Positions 46,701 to 60,416 of a DNA stretch of 64,000 nt are shown here, one piece after another. Made by a program: the position numbers and the translations under genes. The stretch spans positions 11,100,001 to 11,164,000 of the forward strand of contig CM075991.1 of assembly GCA_038087875.1 (NCBI GenBank), read 5' to 3'. The notes below the pieces were generated by a model. It had not been told where the DNA came from. It worked only from the letters and a program-made list of their open reading frames with translations, and made no database searches. The DNA is from Malacoraja senta (lineage: Eukaryota). How positions within the stretch are numbered: the first letter of the stretch is position 1; each line of letters opens with the position of its first letter.

Positions 46701-49700
46701 CCCTCTGGGTTTGCCTTTTATACTTGTAAATCTCTTTTACACCTTCTCTGTGTCTTCCATCAGTTTCCGCACATTGAGACCAGGCTGTGCTCAGTACACA
46801 GAGCTGTTAACAGTACAACAGGTCTCCAGGTAGATAATTAAACAGCAGCATACCTGCTTCAGAGGATAGATAAATCTTTCTACCACTTCACACTCATCCC
46901 TTGGTGAAGTTAGTGCAGAGGAGAGGGATGTTTCATCGGCTAATTAATAACCCAACAAGCCCTGACATGAAACTTGCTTCCTGGCCATAACTATTTTTAA
47001 ATTCAGTCCTTTATGTTTGACTGCACAATCCAGTTGATCTGGGATTAGTTTCGGGGAGGAAGAGGAGGTTTGGGATGAATCACCAACATCCACTGGATGA
47101 GCTATTTTGACCGGGTATCAACCTGAACAAGGGGACTAGTCACCGCAGGGAATGGTCAGTTTTCTTCCCGCAAGGTGGAGGGGTCTAAAACCAGAGGGCA
47201 TAGCTTAAGCTGAGAGGGGCAAGGTTTCAAAGGACCTGCGGAAGGGGGGGGGGGGGGGGGGCAGATTTTTACATTTGTGGGTAGTGGGCGGCGTGTAAGT
47301 GGAACGAGCTGCCAGGGGTTGGTAAAGAGGTGGGTACAATAACAACATCTAAAAGACATTCGGAAAGGTTGCTGAATAGGACAGGTTTAGAGGGATGCGG
47401 GCCAAATGTGGGCAAATGGGTGGCTCAGGGAGGCATCTTGGTTTGCATGGACAAATTGGGCCAAAACACCTTTTTTTCCACGCTGCATAGCTCTCTGATT
47501 CCATCGCAGCTGTAACATAACATCCGAAATTCTATACTCGATACATTGACTGATGAGCCAGTGTTTTGAAAGACTTCTTGATTGCCCTATCTAGCTGTGA
47601 TCCATTTTTCAAGGAACTATGTACCTGCACTTCTAGAGATGGCCACCAATCTTCAACGGCTGTGGTTCCATAATCCTTTACCAAGATGTTTGGTGTAGTC
47701 TAGGTTATTGTCACGTGTGCCGAGGTACAGTGAATAGCTTTTTGTTGCGTGCTAACCAGTCAGCGGAAAGACAATACATGATTACAATCGAGCCACCCAG
47801 AGAGTACAGATACAGGATAAAGGGAATAATGTTTAGTGCAAGATAAAGTCTGTTCAAGGATAGTCTAAGGGTCTCCGGTGAGGTAGATAGTAGCTCAGGA
47901 TTGCTCTGTGTGTGTGGCATTTTTGAATATTGCTTGTCTAATAGTAAAGGAAAAAAAACACTGAATCAAATACTGATCATTTTCCAGCCACGCCCAAACT
48001 AGGAAACCCCGAAGCTTTCTATGTCCGTGGCGGAAGTTGCACTCATCTCCAGACTGCTAAGAATTGTAACACAGAGGACTTGACGTCAGGAATGAAAGGT
48101 CACGTCTTGGTCATGTTAAGTCTGAGGCCATGCACACATCATCCGATGTGGGTCTGCCAATCCTTAGCAAGAACCCCCCAAATCTCCAAAAATTAAAGAT
48201 TAATTCTCTCAACCCACTGCAAACGGAAAAGCAATATCATTGAAATATCATTGAAGCTCTAAAGCGTGGATCTTCCTTAATAATACAGTGTACCTGTGTG
48301 AAAACGTTGTTAATTAACTGTGTGAAAAAAGCTACATCTTCTAGATGCGCTGGGACGCATCCTCAGTGCTGTGACCTGGGGTCATCGGGTGTTTCGGGTC
48401 TCACAACATCAGACCCCCTCGCCCAGGCGACCCAGCCGGGGTTGATCAGGCCCCGACTTGCGTCCCAGCAGCAACAGCCCACGGATCAGCCATCTTAGTA
48501 ACCACTCTGCAGGGGTTGGGAGACTCTAGTGCGTGGAGGGACTGGGGTCTGTGGGGGTGAGTCCAGGCCGGGCTCCTCCTGCGTCTCACCAGGTTCAAGG
48601 CCTGTGCGCTGCGTTGCATCTCTTTCTCCTTCTCCGAGCATTTCATTCTCGCCTGATGGATTTTTAGGCCATGGTGGTTCATTAGGCCTTTCCGTAGCTT
48701 TGTTGGGTGTCTTTCCCACGAAAGACACAGACTGGGGTGCTAACCCAGCCTTAGCGTTGGAAAGAACTGCGAGTCAAATCCACCCGTTCCTTTTCTCCTT
48801 GAGGCTGCAAAGCTGCACTCAGCAACTCTGCCTCATGCTCACAGCCTACCGCGGGAGTGGTGACAAAATAAAAGTTAAAGAATGATATTTCTTTGTCTGA
48901 GATGTGTCCGAAACAATTCCGGGCTGTGAGGAGACATCAGCACTGTCTGGGGTGTCCAGTCTGAAGAAGGGACCCGACCCAAAATATCACCCATTCCTTC
49001 TCTCCAGAGATAGTGCCTGTCCCGCTGAGTTACTCCAGCATTTTGTGTATATCTTCAGTGTAAACCAGCATCTGCATTTCCTTCCTACACAGAGTCCCTC
49101 CAATGTTTAGATCACTCATTCAACAGTATTTCTGGTCACTGTCACATTGCTGTTTGTGGGAGATCTCTGTGGCTGCTGTGGGCAGATTTCACAAGTATTT
49201 GAATGACACAAGTGTGTAGGCATGTCCTGAAGGGCATTACAGAAATGCAAGGGAGCTTGACGGACTGTAAGCAGAGAGAATTGCGGAGCCTGAAAGTGTA
49301 GCCTTTGTCAATTAGAGCAGCAAAGGTTATGGGGCATTGCCTTGGAAGAGTTGCACTGGTAACCGCACAAGTTGAGATGATGCAGGTCCTGCAACTCGAG
49401 TGGAGCACTGGTAGATCTGCTGTCATACAACGCCGGAGTCCCAGGTTCGATCCTGACTACGGGTGCTGTCTGCACGGAGTTTGTACGTTCTCCCCGTGAC
49501 CACGTGGGTTTTCTCCGAGACCTTCGGTTTCCTCCCACACTCCAAAGACGTACAGGTTTGAGGGTTAATTGGCTTGGTATAAAGGTAAATTGTCCCTAGT
49601 GTGCATAGGATAGTGTTAATGTGCGGGGATCGCTGGTCGGCGCAGACTAGGTGGGCCGGAGGGCCTGTGTATGAGGTGTATCTTTAAATTAAGCTAAACT

Positions 49701-52700
49701 TCCACAGCTGCATGCCCATGGGCATCTGTCCTGTTTTGAAACAACGTTTAAATCCTACAGTCAACTTCCCAGAAAGAGATTTCCCAATAACCAGCGTCCT
49801 GTGTGAAGCAATTTCCTATTGCATTCTCAACTAGCAGATTGCAGCAGGCAATTGGGAAGGTCTCGTCACAAAATGATGCATAGCTTCCTGTTGCCCACAT
49901 ACTCAAACATCTATCCATCCTCGCCCGTTCCAGAAAGTAGCACAGGTTAGTTCCATGCTGATTTGGAAAGGAAGTATTGATTTCACTCAATAATCAATAA
50001 TGAAATCTCATGTTTCCCTTTCCCCTGTCTAGAAGGGTCTCGACCCGAAATGTCACCATTCCTTCTCTCCAGAGATGCTGCCTGTAACGCTGAGTTACTC
50101 CAGTATTTTACGTCTATCTTTGGTTTTACTCACTTGTCCCAGCCAAAACACCAGTGTCCCTTCTCTCAGTCACTGACACATGGTTATGTGTGGGTCCTGC
50201 AGCTTAGTTTAGTTTAGTTTATTGTCACGTGTACCGAGGTACAGTGAAAAGGTTTTGTAGCGTACGAACCAGTCCTATCATGTATCTATATACTGTAAAT
50301 GGATCGATTGTAATCATAGAAACATAGAAAATAGGTGCAGGAGGAGGCCATTCGGCCCTTTGAGCCAGCACCGCCATTCATTGTGATCATGGCTGATCGT
50401 CCCCTATCAATAACCCGTGCCTGCCTTCTCCCCATATCCCTTGACTCCACTAGTCCCTAGAGCTCTATCTAACTCTCTCTTAAATCCATCCAGTGACTTG
50501 GCCTCCACTGCCCTCTGTGGCAGGGAATTCCACAAATTCACAACTCTCTGGGTGAAAAAGTTTTTTTCTCACCTCAGTCTTAAATGACCTCCCCTTTATT
50601 CTAAGACTGTGGTCCCTGGTTCTGGACTCGCCCAACATTGGGAACATTTTTCCTGCATCTAGCTTGTCCAGTCCTTTTATAATTTTATATGTTTAGTTTA
50701 GTTTAGAGATACAGCGCAGAAACAGGCCCTTCAGCCACCGAGTCCGCGCCGACCAGCGATCCCTGCATATTAACACTATCCTACACACACTAGGGACAAT
50801 TTTCACATTTACAAAGCCAATTAACCTACATATCTGTATGTCTTTGGAGTGTATTGTCATGTATTGTCTTTCTGCTGACTGATCATGGTCGATCTATCTC
50901 TCCCACCTAACCCCATTCTCCTGCCTTCTCCCCACAACCCCCGACACCCAAGCTAATCAACTATCTATCGGTCTCTGCCTTGAAAATACTCGACGGCCTC
51001 CGTAGCCTTCTGTGGCAAAGTATTCCACAGATTCACCATCTTCTGACTAAAGAAATTCTTCCTCATATCCTTCCTTTAATTCTGAGGCAAGGACATCTAT
51101 CCTAAACTCCCCCACTAGTAGAAATCAGTCTGAAGAAGGGTCTTGACCCGAAACGTCACCTATTTCTTCACTCCATAGATGCTGCCTCACCCGCTGAGTT
51201 TCTCCAGCATTTTTGTCTACCTTCGATTTTTCCAGCATCTGCAGTTCTTTCTTAAACAACTACTAGTGGAAACATCCTCCCCACCATCCACTCTATCCAA
51301 GCATTTCACTATTCGGTACGTTTCAATGAGGTCCCCCCCTCATTCTTCTAAACTCCTTTGACAGGTATCTTCAACTTGAACAAAGAGTGTAGCCTGCCTC
51401 TTTCTACCTTCCCGATCCTTTCATCATTTCAAACAATTCTATCGGATAGGATTTCCACGAAAGTGCCTTCGAGACGGTCAAACTGCAGGATGCATGTGTT
51501 GCCCTGGGAGATGAGTCACTGAAGTGTATTCAGGAATTTTGTGAAAGAAAATCGCAGGGGCACAGATCTGTACCTGTGTGCATTTCAATAGCATCATGTT
51601 TCAAATGGGCTCGCTTCTGAGAAGGGCACAATCGTTTGATGTGAATCTTTCCCCGTAAAGCAGAACACTTTAAGCAAGGAAAAGAACATTTCAAAAGACA
51701 TTTGGACAGGTGCATGGATAGGAAAGGTTTAGAGGGATATGGGTCAAACGCAGGCAAATGGGCTTGGCTTAGATGGCGATCTTGGTCACCATGGGCTGGT
51801 TGGGCCGAAGGGCCTTGTTTCTATGCTTCCTCACTCAATGACACAGAGAAGATTCCACTCAATAGACAATAGGCAATAGGTGCAGGAACAGGCCATTTGG
51901 CCCTTCAAGCCAGCACCGCCATTCAATGTGATCATGGCTGATCATCCCCAATCAGTACCCAGTTCCTGCCTTCTCCCCATATCCCTTGACTCTGCTATTT
52001 TTAAGAGCCCTGTCTAGCTCTCTCTTGAAAGCATCCAGAGAACCTGCCTCCACCGCCCTCTGAGGCAGAGAATTCCACAGACACACCACTCTCTGAGAGA
52101 AAAAGTGTTTCCTAGTCTCTGTTTTAAATGGCTTACTCCTTCTTCTTAAACTCTGGCCCCTGGTTCTGGACTCCCCCAACATCGGGAACATGTTTCCTGC
52201 CTCTAGCGTGTCCAAGCCCTTAACAATCTTATATGTTTCAATGAGATCCCATCTCATCCTTCTAAACTCCAGAGTGTACAAGCCCAGCTGCTCCATTCTC
52301 TCAGCATATGACAGTCCCGCCATCCCGGGAATGAACCATGTAAACCTATGCTGCACTCCCTCAATAGCAAGAATGTCCTTCTTCAAATTAGTGGACCAAA
52401 ATGTGGAAAGCCCAACTGATATACGCCTATCTTTGATATAAATGATTCAGTGAGCTTGGGTTGCATCACGCCAAGACAGCCAGATCTTAAAAGAAGCACA
52501 CAGGGCTGGTGGAACTGCTTCTCAAGGGCTCCCTATAAAGCCACCTTCCAGAAGGTAATAAATGCCAGTGGAATCTGCGTTATAATGCAAACGGACCCTC
52601 AGCAATATTGAGAAGTTCAACCTTTGCAAAGATCCCCCTGGAAGATTAAAGCCAAACGTATAACATTTCAAGTTAATTGCGTAACCCACGGACTCACCGG

Positions 52701-55700
52701 CCATCGTTGCATTTTCCAGAGCATTGCAGACAAATAATAGACCTGTGAACAAAAAGAGAATCTTGGAATAAGTTGCTGCGCTGTGGAAAGGAATGGCAGT
52801 ATCTTCACATTTCCCAGTGTCGAAGACAGACACAAAATGCTGGAGTAACTCAGCGGGGCAGGCAGCATCTCTGGAGAGTAGGAACAGGTGACATTTTGGG
52901 TTGAGACCCTTCTTCAGACTGAGAGTCCAGGGAGAGGGAGTGTACAGATATGGACGGGTAAGGTGTGGAAAGGACAGATCAAAGCAGATGATGATAAGGA
53001 AATGTAGATTGGTTCATTGTTAGCTATGGGTAAGTGACAACGAGGCGTACATGTGTACTATTTCATCAGGAGGACAGTAGAACTAGTCAGGGAACTAGGG
53101 TGGGGGAGGGTTTTTATATTCATAAGTTGTGGGAGCAAAATCATGTCATTCGGCCCATCAAGTCTACACCGCCATTCAATCATGGATGATCTATCTTTCC
53201 CTCTCAACCCCATTCTCCTGCTTTCTCCCCACAACCCCTGACACCCTTACTGATCAACCTGACAATTTTGTAAAGTGTTAATAAAGGACAGTTACACAAG
53301 AGGGATTGCAATCCTAACACAGGATAAACTGGGAGTTTCTGCATCCGGGCACTAAGGTTGATCCTTTCGCATTCTCCGGGATTCTCTGCAACATCTTCAT
53401 TGGAGATTAGGGAAGATTAGCAAGGAGATTAAGCTAGCAATTACTTAACCAAAATTAAACCCCTTGTTTACATAAGAATAGCTGTGTAATGAAGAGTGTC
53501 CATGGGTCTGTGAGTGGCAAACCAGCAAAGCAGGGGAGCGGATCGAGGGGGATGCAATGCCAGTTTCTCCTCGTCTCTCATTGTCATTCTGGCACTCGGG
53601 TGGCCAGGCAAGAGAAGGCAACAAGTGATGCATCTTTTGAAATCTGGAGGGGCAAAGTGGACCTCATGATGCCCAAGAACCCCCTGGGACAGTTTCTTCC
53701 CAGCTGTTATCAGGCAACTGAATCATCCTACCACAACCAGAGAGCAGAACTGAACTACTATCTACCTCATTGATGACCCTCGGACTATCTTTGATCGGAC
53801 TTTACTGGCTTTACCTTGCACTAAACGTTATTCCCCTTATCATCTATCTGTACACTGTAAATGGATCGATTGTAATTCTGTATTGCCTTTCCGCCGACTG
53901 GTTAGAACGCACAAAAGCTTTTCACTGTACCTTCACATACACTTCACATGTGGCATTAAACTGAACTGAACCCTGGTTTCACACCTTAGGTCGACCTGGT
54001 TTAGGCTCAAGACTAAGGATAAAACTAAGGAGGGGTAGAGATTGGTATTGGGTAGACAACCCGTGTTGGGTAGGAGCGATCTTTAGCTCAGGTTGAAAGC
54101 CTGGAGATGAGGGATCAATCTGTCTAGTTTAGTTTAGTTTAGAGAGATACAGCGGGGAAACAGGCCCCTCAACCCACTGGGTCTGCACCGATCAATGATT
54201 CCCGCACATTAACACTACCCCACACACACTAGGGACAATTTTTACATTACCAAGCCAATTTACCTACATACCTGTACGTCTTTGGAGTGTGGGAGGAAAT
54301 CTCAGGGAAAACCCACGCAGGTCACGGGGAGAACGTACAAACTCTGTACAGACATCACCCGTGGTAGGGATCGAACCCAGGTCTCCGTCGCTACAAGCAA
54401 CTCTACCACTGCGCCACCATGCCAATGGACAAAATTCCCTCCACCTGCAGTGAAAACTGGGACCTCCTCACTCTCGGCATCCTGATGTGGGGCTGGGAGT
54501 GGTGCGGCAATACCACAAAGGGTCGGGACACACAGCCCAACTCAACCATGTTTCCCACAAAGACCATCAGCCAAGGGCCCCTTAAGGAGGGAACCAATAC
54601 CACAGCACCTCCTGGTCCACAGCGTGTTTGAGCAGGTCAAAGACTGCAGAAGCTTCCTGAAATATTGACAATTCCTTTCCCTCCCCCCCCACAGATGCTG
54701 TTCCACCCACATGCCCTTTTCAAAAGAATTTATCAACATCTCAACAAGGAAACGTCTGAAAACAAACACAAACGCTGGAATAACTCAGTGGGTCAGTCAG
54801 AATCTGTGCAGGACATGGATAGGTGACGTTTCAGGTCGGGACCCTTCTTCAGACTGAAGAACAGTCACCTATCCATTATCTCTAAAGGGCCTGTCCCACT
54901 TGGGTGACCTAATCTGCGAGTTTAGGAGAGAGGCTGCAGTGTATCAAACACAGCTTAAAGCAGCTCAACCCACTAAGAAGGGTCTTGACCTGAAACGTCA
55001 CCCATTCCTTCTCTCCATAGATGCTGCCTGTCCCGCTGAGTTACTCCAGCTTTTTGTGTCTATCTTCGGTTTAAACCAGCATCTGTAGTTCCTGCCTACA
55101 CCCCCAGTTCCTCAGGCAGACTGCTCTAGATTCTAGTATCTACAGCTTCCTCCGTCACCAATTGTCAGAACTATTGATCTGTCTGGTCCCCGGCATCAAT
55201 ATTGACCCTTGTAATCAATATTTACACACCAAATTATCAGTGTGGGAAAGAACTGCTCTCTCACCACCCCCTCCCCCTTCCCTGTTCTCCTACCAGTCTT
55301 ACTGTTTCCGACTGTATTTTATCCCTGTACCGTCCACTCCCCTGACATCAGTTTAAAGAAGGGTCTCGACCCGAAACGTCACTCATTCCTTCTCTCCATT
55401 CCTGTCCCGCTGAGTTACTCCAGCATTTTGTGGCCACCAGCAAATTATCAGGTCGTATCCGTTACTTTGATGGGAATTATTATTGTCAGCTCCTGATGGG
55501 AGCATACACCCAAGGGTTAATGTGGAGGCCACGATGTAATGTGTTGACAGTGAGTACAAAGGGGAGGTGGTGGTGGGGACAGATCTAACCCGGTGTGACA
55601 TGAATACAGTCACAATCCATTACACTGATGATGCTTCACGATACAAGTCATCTCTCAGATTAAAGCAGATGAAAGCACGATTCACAAGAGGCTGCCTTGC

Positions 55701-58700
55701 TGACATGGGATCAAAAGTGTCATCCTGAATGACATCCTAACGCTGCCTTCAACTATATATTCCACTTAATGCGGATCTGCCTCTGGTGTAGGCGGCTGAA
55801 ATGAAAGGCATACGAGGCTGCAACTCCAGCTCTCAGCCCATTCCCCTCGCTCTGCTGGCTGCAAAAGAATGAGTTATTGAGAGTCATACAGTGTGAAAAG
55901 AGGCCCTTCGGCCCAACTTGCCCAGAACGGCCAACATGTCCCATCTACACTAGATCCACCTACCTGCCTGCCTGGAATGAATTCAGTGAAGGAATGGGAT
56001 GGAAGATTGCAACCTTCACGTGGTCCGCCCTGTTTCGACTAATGCAATCAACTCGACGTGCACAAACGGAAGATCAAATGGAACAAGTTGTCCAACAGCT
56101 TTAGGCTGTGCAGGCCACACGAAAGAAGAAGAAGTGAAGGAATGAACTGGGAACTGCTGAGAACTGTCACTGGAGAACAGCACAGGGGCAGCAAACTCGA
56201 GTGTGATCTTTGCAGACATCACTGCCTTCGCAATGCATCAAGGCCATAATGGAAGAGACATTTCAGAGACATTTGGACAGGCACATGGATAGGGTAGGAT
56301 TAGAGGGATATGGGCCAAGCGCGAGCAGGTGAGACTACTGTAGCTGGGGCATGTTGGTTGGCGTGGGCAAGTTGGGCCAAAGGGCCTGTTTCCATGCTGT
56401 ATCGCTGTATGACTCTATAAGAGCCTCTTTTTACCACTGTTGTATAAACAACAAATCATTGTACCTTACCTTACTTATTCTATACTTTTCAAAAGCATTT
56501 ATCAACATCCCAACAAGGAGACATCTGAAAACAAACACAAAGTGCTGGAGTAATTCAGCAGGTCAGGCAGCATCTGTGTGTGACTTGGATAGGAGACGTT
56601 TTGGGTCGAGACCCTTCATCACACTGAAGAAGTCACCAATCCATTAGTCTGAAGAAGGGTCCCGACCCAAAACGTCACCTGTCCATTTTCTCCAGGGATG
56701 CTGCCTGACTCGTTGAGTTACTCCAGCACATTGTTCTTACATTTCTTTGTTGTAAACGAGCATCTGCAGTTCCAGGGATTTGTTTTGATGTTCTTTCATT
56801 ATCGCTGGGACAAAATCCCGGAATTCCTTCCTCTGTGCTTGTGTTAGATTACATTTAGAATTATTCTAACCTCTCGACAATCTGCCGAACAAGCTTTAAA
56901 ACGCAGGGCCTAGGAGAACTCAGAGGTGACCTGTAGCCATGATGTTGGACCAGTTCCATCACCATACACTCCAACACACATCCAATAACTCCTTGGTATA
57001 TGTACTACCACAACACAGACTTTGCTGGTCAGAGTGAGGCCCAAGGCAAATTGGAGGAACACCACCTCATATTTCGCTTGGGCAGTTCACAACCCAGCAG
57101 TATGAATATTGATTTCTCTAACTTCAAGTAACTCTTACTTTCCCTCTCTCTCCGAGCCTCCCCCATCCTAGTTCTCCGACTAGTTTCACTGTCCTCCTAC
57201 ATACGCCTCCTTGTCATCGTCCCCTCACCTAACAATGAACCGTTCTACATTTCCTTGAACACCGTCTGCTTTGATCTCTCCTTTTCACACCGCACCCTTC
57301 CATATCGCTAGACTCCCTCTCTCCCCTGACTCTCAGTCTGAAGAAGGGTCTCGAGCCGAAGCGTCTCCCATCCCTTCTCTCCAGAGATGCTGCCTGTCCC
57401 GCTGAGTTACTCCAGCTTTTTGTGTCTCGCTTCTTTTCTGGTGTTGTTTACTTCCGACTATTTCAGACAAACTCGCTGGAATACAATGATGCGGGCCAAC
57501 ACTCCTGGTGCCAAGAGGGTGCGCCGCTCAGGTGGACAAATCAGACTTTAAATCGAGGCCCTTGATGTGTTTAAGAAGGAACTGCAGATGCTGGAAAATC
57601 GAAGGTAGACAAAAATGCTGGAGAAACTCAGCGGGTGAGGCAGCATCTATGGAGCGAAGGAAATAGGCAACTTGCCTATTTCCTTCGCTCCATAGATGCT
57701 GCCTCACCCGCTGAGTTTCTCCCAGCATTTTTGTCCACCCTTAATGTGTTTATTCTGAGGCCCTTTGTCAATGAAATGTTGCCAATCGACTTTATTGAAG
57801 CAAAAACACCAAATTTGTCCTGGGAATGCAGTTTGTCAGAGTCTGCTGCGCTCCATTGGGCCGTGGTTCTTGCATTACTACAGCACCCACATACTTAAAC
57901 TCTGAGGGAGAATGAGATGATGAAAGAAGCCAAAGAAATACAAGATTTTCTGCTTTGCGCGGCGACTTTCAATAGGATCCATCCGCATCGGACAAGATCA
58001 CCCGAGGAAGAACGGCGTCAAGAACAAATCTCAGTCGCCAAGTTTTTAATTCCCCCATTTTACCTTTGATGCTGTCCCTACAGCTCTTTTCCAAAACAAT
58101 TCTTTCACCGCAGAGTTTTTAAACCCACTTTCAATGGCTCTTCCAGGGTTAGTGTGTACGAAGGAACTGCAGATGCTGGTTTAAACCGAAGACAGACAAC
58201 AAATGCAGGACCTGCTGAGTTACTCCAGCTTTGTGTGTGTGTCTTCCAGGGTTAACACTTTTTAAGTTTAAATGTTGGTCGGTGTGGGCAAATTGGGCTG
58301 AAGGGCCTGTTTCCACACTGTATGACTCTGTGACTCCATGACTAACTCTGTCTTAGATCAATGTTGTATTCAGGAGTCTCTTAAGTGCATAGCAATGGCC
58401 ATTCTAATGCTTCATATTAAAACTGCCGTCAGACTTCTCAACAGCACGAAATTTCGAATATTGGAATAAAAATAACAGGAATCTGAGGGGTAACCTTTTC
58501 ATACAAAGGGTGGTGGGTGTATGGAACAAGCTGCCAGAGGAGGTAGTTGAGGCTGGGACTATCCCAGCGTTTAAGAAACAGTTAGACAGGTACATGGATA
58601 GGACATGTTTGGAGCGATATGGACCAAATGTGGGCTGGTGGGACTAGTGTAGCTGGGACATGTTGATCGGTGTGGGAAATTTGAGCCGAAGGGCCTGTTT

Positions 58701-59722
58701 CCACACTGTATCACTCTATGACTGTGACAAGGCAATAATTGGTGGATGTAACACCAACAAGGCAAACACTTTGGGCAAAGGACAGTGAGTGCCACAGATC
58801 TCAACGTTAACCATCCCTCCCCTCTCTCTCTGGGATGTGGACTGACAAAGAGGGCTCCGCTGGACAGACGTGGCCAACTTTCTCAAGAAGGGTCTCCATC
58901 TGAAACGTCACCCATTCCTTCTCCCCAGAGATGCTGCCTGTTCCCGCTGAGTTACTCCAGCATTTTGTGTCTGACTTTACCTCTTGTTTCACACAACCGC
59001 CCAACCCCGCAAAACCCAAGAGCTCCACCCGCCCAGGGAAACCTGCCTTGTGTTTTGTATAAGGAGCTGCAGGTGGCTGGTTTACACTGAAGATAGACAC
59101 ACAAAAATGCTGCAGTAACTGAAGAAGGGTCTCCACCCGAAACGTCACCCATTCCTTCTCCCCAGAGATGCTGCCTGTTCCCGCTGAGTTACTCCACCAT
59201 TTCTGTGTCTATCTTTTTGTTGGGTTTAACCTGTCCAAAGGTTGGCGGGCCCTTCCTCCCACCGACCGCGCTGAGTTGGAATGGATTGTCTGGTCGGAGT
59301 CTTTCCGAAACGAGAGAGGGCGACTGAGATTGGCGCTGCAGGCCGGTCGGTGCGAAACCTCACCCATTCCTTCTCTCCAGAGATGCTGCCTGCCTGTTCC
59401 CGCTGAGTTACTCCAGTATTTTTTCGCGTCTATCTCCGGTCAGCGAGAGAGAGACGAGTAGCCCTCGCCCGGCCTTTTAATCAGCATCTGCGGACTTTGG
59501 GAAGGGAACGCAGACAGGTCCAGACCCGCCCCTTGTAGCCCCATCCAAAAGCAGCAGGTCCAAAAGGCTTCAAGCTCCCAAACATAACCCGCAGAAAATA
59601 AAACATCCATGTAATTCTTAGACGAGAGGGAAGGTGTGTGTGTGTGTGGGGTGGGTGAGAGAGAAGATGATTGAAATCTTACCTGATAATATGAGGATTA
59701 CTTCGCCACTAGAACTCTGCAT
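40714..59722 (-). CDS. TGFA: Protransforming growth factor alpha, 6 exons, 154 aa
   Basis: complement join(59683..59722,52698..52742,44640..44757,42660..42809,41377..41480,40714..40721) = 465 nt. Contains [15 protein letters not shown], a six-Cys EGF domain, [12 protein letters not shown] segment and terminal Val, with the TGFA exon pattern. Confidence 0.93.
40920..41215 (+). mobile_element. Tx1-clade LINE 3' end in TGFA intron 5
   Basis: [18 protein letters not shown]...DCLPL...[15 protein letters not shown]; homologous to 39899-40135. Confidence 0.6.
41377..41480 (-). CDS. TGFA: TGFA exon 5 (104 nt), cytoplasmic tail, GC donor
   Basis: cttccag| [35 protein letters not shown]|gcaagg. Confidence 0.85.
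42660..42809 (-). CDS. TGFA: TGFA exon 4 (150 nt), EGF C-terminus and transmembrane helix
   Basis: ttgcag| [49 protein letters not shown](H) |gtaagt. Confidence 0.95.
44640..44757 (-). CDS. TGFA: TGFA exon 3 (118 nt), N-terminal part of the EGF domain
   Basis: ctccag| (G)[38 protein letters not shown](V) |gtaggt. Confidence 0.95.
48342..48860 (-). mobile_element. Internally deleted HERO-like (RLE-type) non-LTR retrotransposon
   Basis: N-terminal zinc-finger remnant [11 protein letters not shown] and [14 protein letters not shown] join directly to C-terminal [14 protein letters not shown] and a 3' UTR tgatcaaccccggctgggtcgcctgggcgaggg...gacccgaaacaccc. Family assigned from memory. Confidence 0.55.
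50316..50690 (-). mobile_element. CR1 LINE 3' fragment
   Basis: (catagaaa)n tail plus the same 3' UTR and ORF2 end as 51862-52400. Confidence 0.75.
51862..52400 (-). mobile_element. CR1 LINE 3' end, ORF2 C-terminus still open
   Basis: ORF 51952-52386: [14 protein letters not shown]...[20 protein letters not shown]...FFSQRVV.LWNSLP...FKRELD, followed by 3' UTR and repeat tail. Confidence 0.88.
52698..52742 (-). CDS. TGFA: TGFA exon 2 (45 nt)
   Basis: ttcacag| (G)[15 protein letters not shown]|gtgagt. Confidence 0.88.
57025..57430 (+). mobile_element. Penelope-like element 3' end (similar copy at about 60640-61160)
   Basis: [27 protein letters not shown], then UTR and the tctgaagaagggtctcga terminal repeat. 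Confidence 0.75.
59683..59722 (-). CDS. TGFA: TGFA exon 1 (40 coding nt)
   Basis: acc[17 protein letters not shown]|gtaaga; signal-peptide start, phase 1. Confidence 0.8.
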
Positions 59723-60193
59723 GGTACTACTTGGTCGTCAGTCACTGGGCTTGTGTTGGTAGGCTGGGCTGTCGTCAGGCAGAGGCAGACACCAGGGTGT
59801 GTGTGTGTGACCTTCCAGGCATAAAGGGAGGATCTACCCACAAACTCTTAAAGGAGTATTGCCCTTGTGACTGGAATAATATCAACAGCTCTGTATATAT
59901 GTGTGTCATTAAAGCGCCGGGGTTTTCCAGATTCCTGAAATATGTTGAACGGATTGTCATGGATGTAGTGGGAAGGAACTGCAGATGCTGGTTTAAACCA
60001 AAGATAGACTACAAAACGCTGGAGTAACTCAGCGGGGCAGGCAGCGTCTCTGGAGAGAAGGGATGGGCGACCCTTCTTCAGACATGTCATCTTTGACCGC
60101 GGGACACTGTTCATTGAATCATAGAACGATACAGCATGGAAACAGGCCGTTCGGCCCACGTCCACTCCAACCATAGATCACCCGTTCACACTA

Positions 60194-60416
60194 TGTTTAA
60201 GAAGGAACTGCAGATGCTGGAAAATCGAAGGCAGACAAAAATGCTGGAGAAACTCAGCGGGTGCAGCAGCATCTATTGAGCGAAGGAAATAGGTAACGTT
60301 TCGGGCCGAAACCCTTCCTATTTCCTTCGCTCGATAGATGCTGCTGCACCCGCTGAGTTTCTCCAGCATTTTTGTGTACCTTCGATTTTCCAGCATCTGC
60401 AGTTCCTTCTTTAACA
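60194..60416. mobile_element. Fold-back pair of Penelope terminal repeats (about 100-bp arms); similar at 57566-57740 and 61283-61481
   Basis: tgtttaagaaggaactgcagatgctggaaaatcgaagg... is mirrored by ...ccttcgattttccagcatctgcagttccttctttaaca. Confidence 0.8.

Noticed and set aside
48375..48420. CTGATG...GAAAC on the minus strand in the HERO-like 3' UTR as a hammerhead
   Set aside because: Reads CUGAUGU (no A9), and no proper stem II or UH site could be formed by eye.
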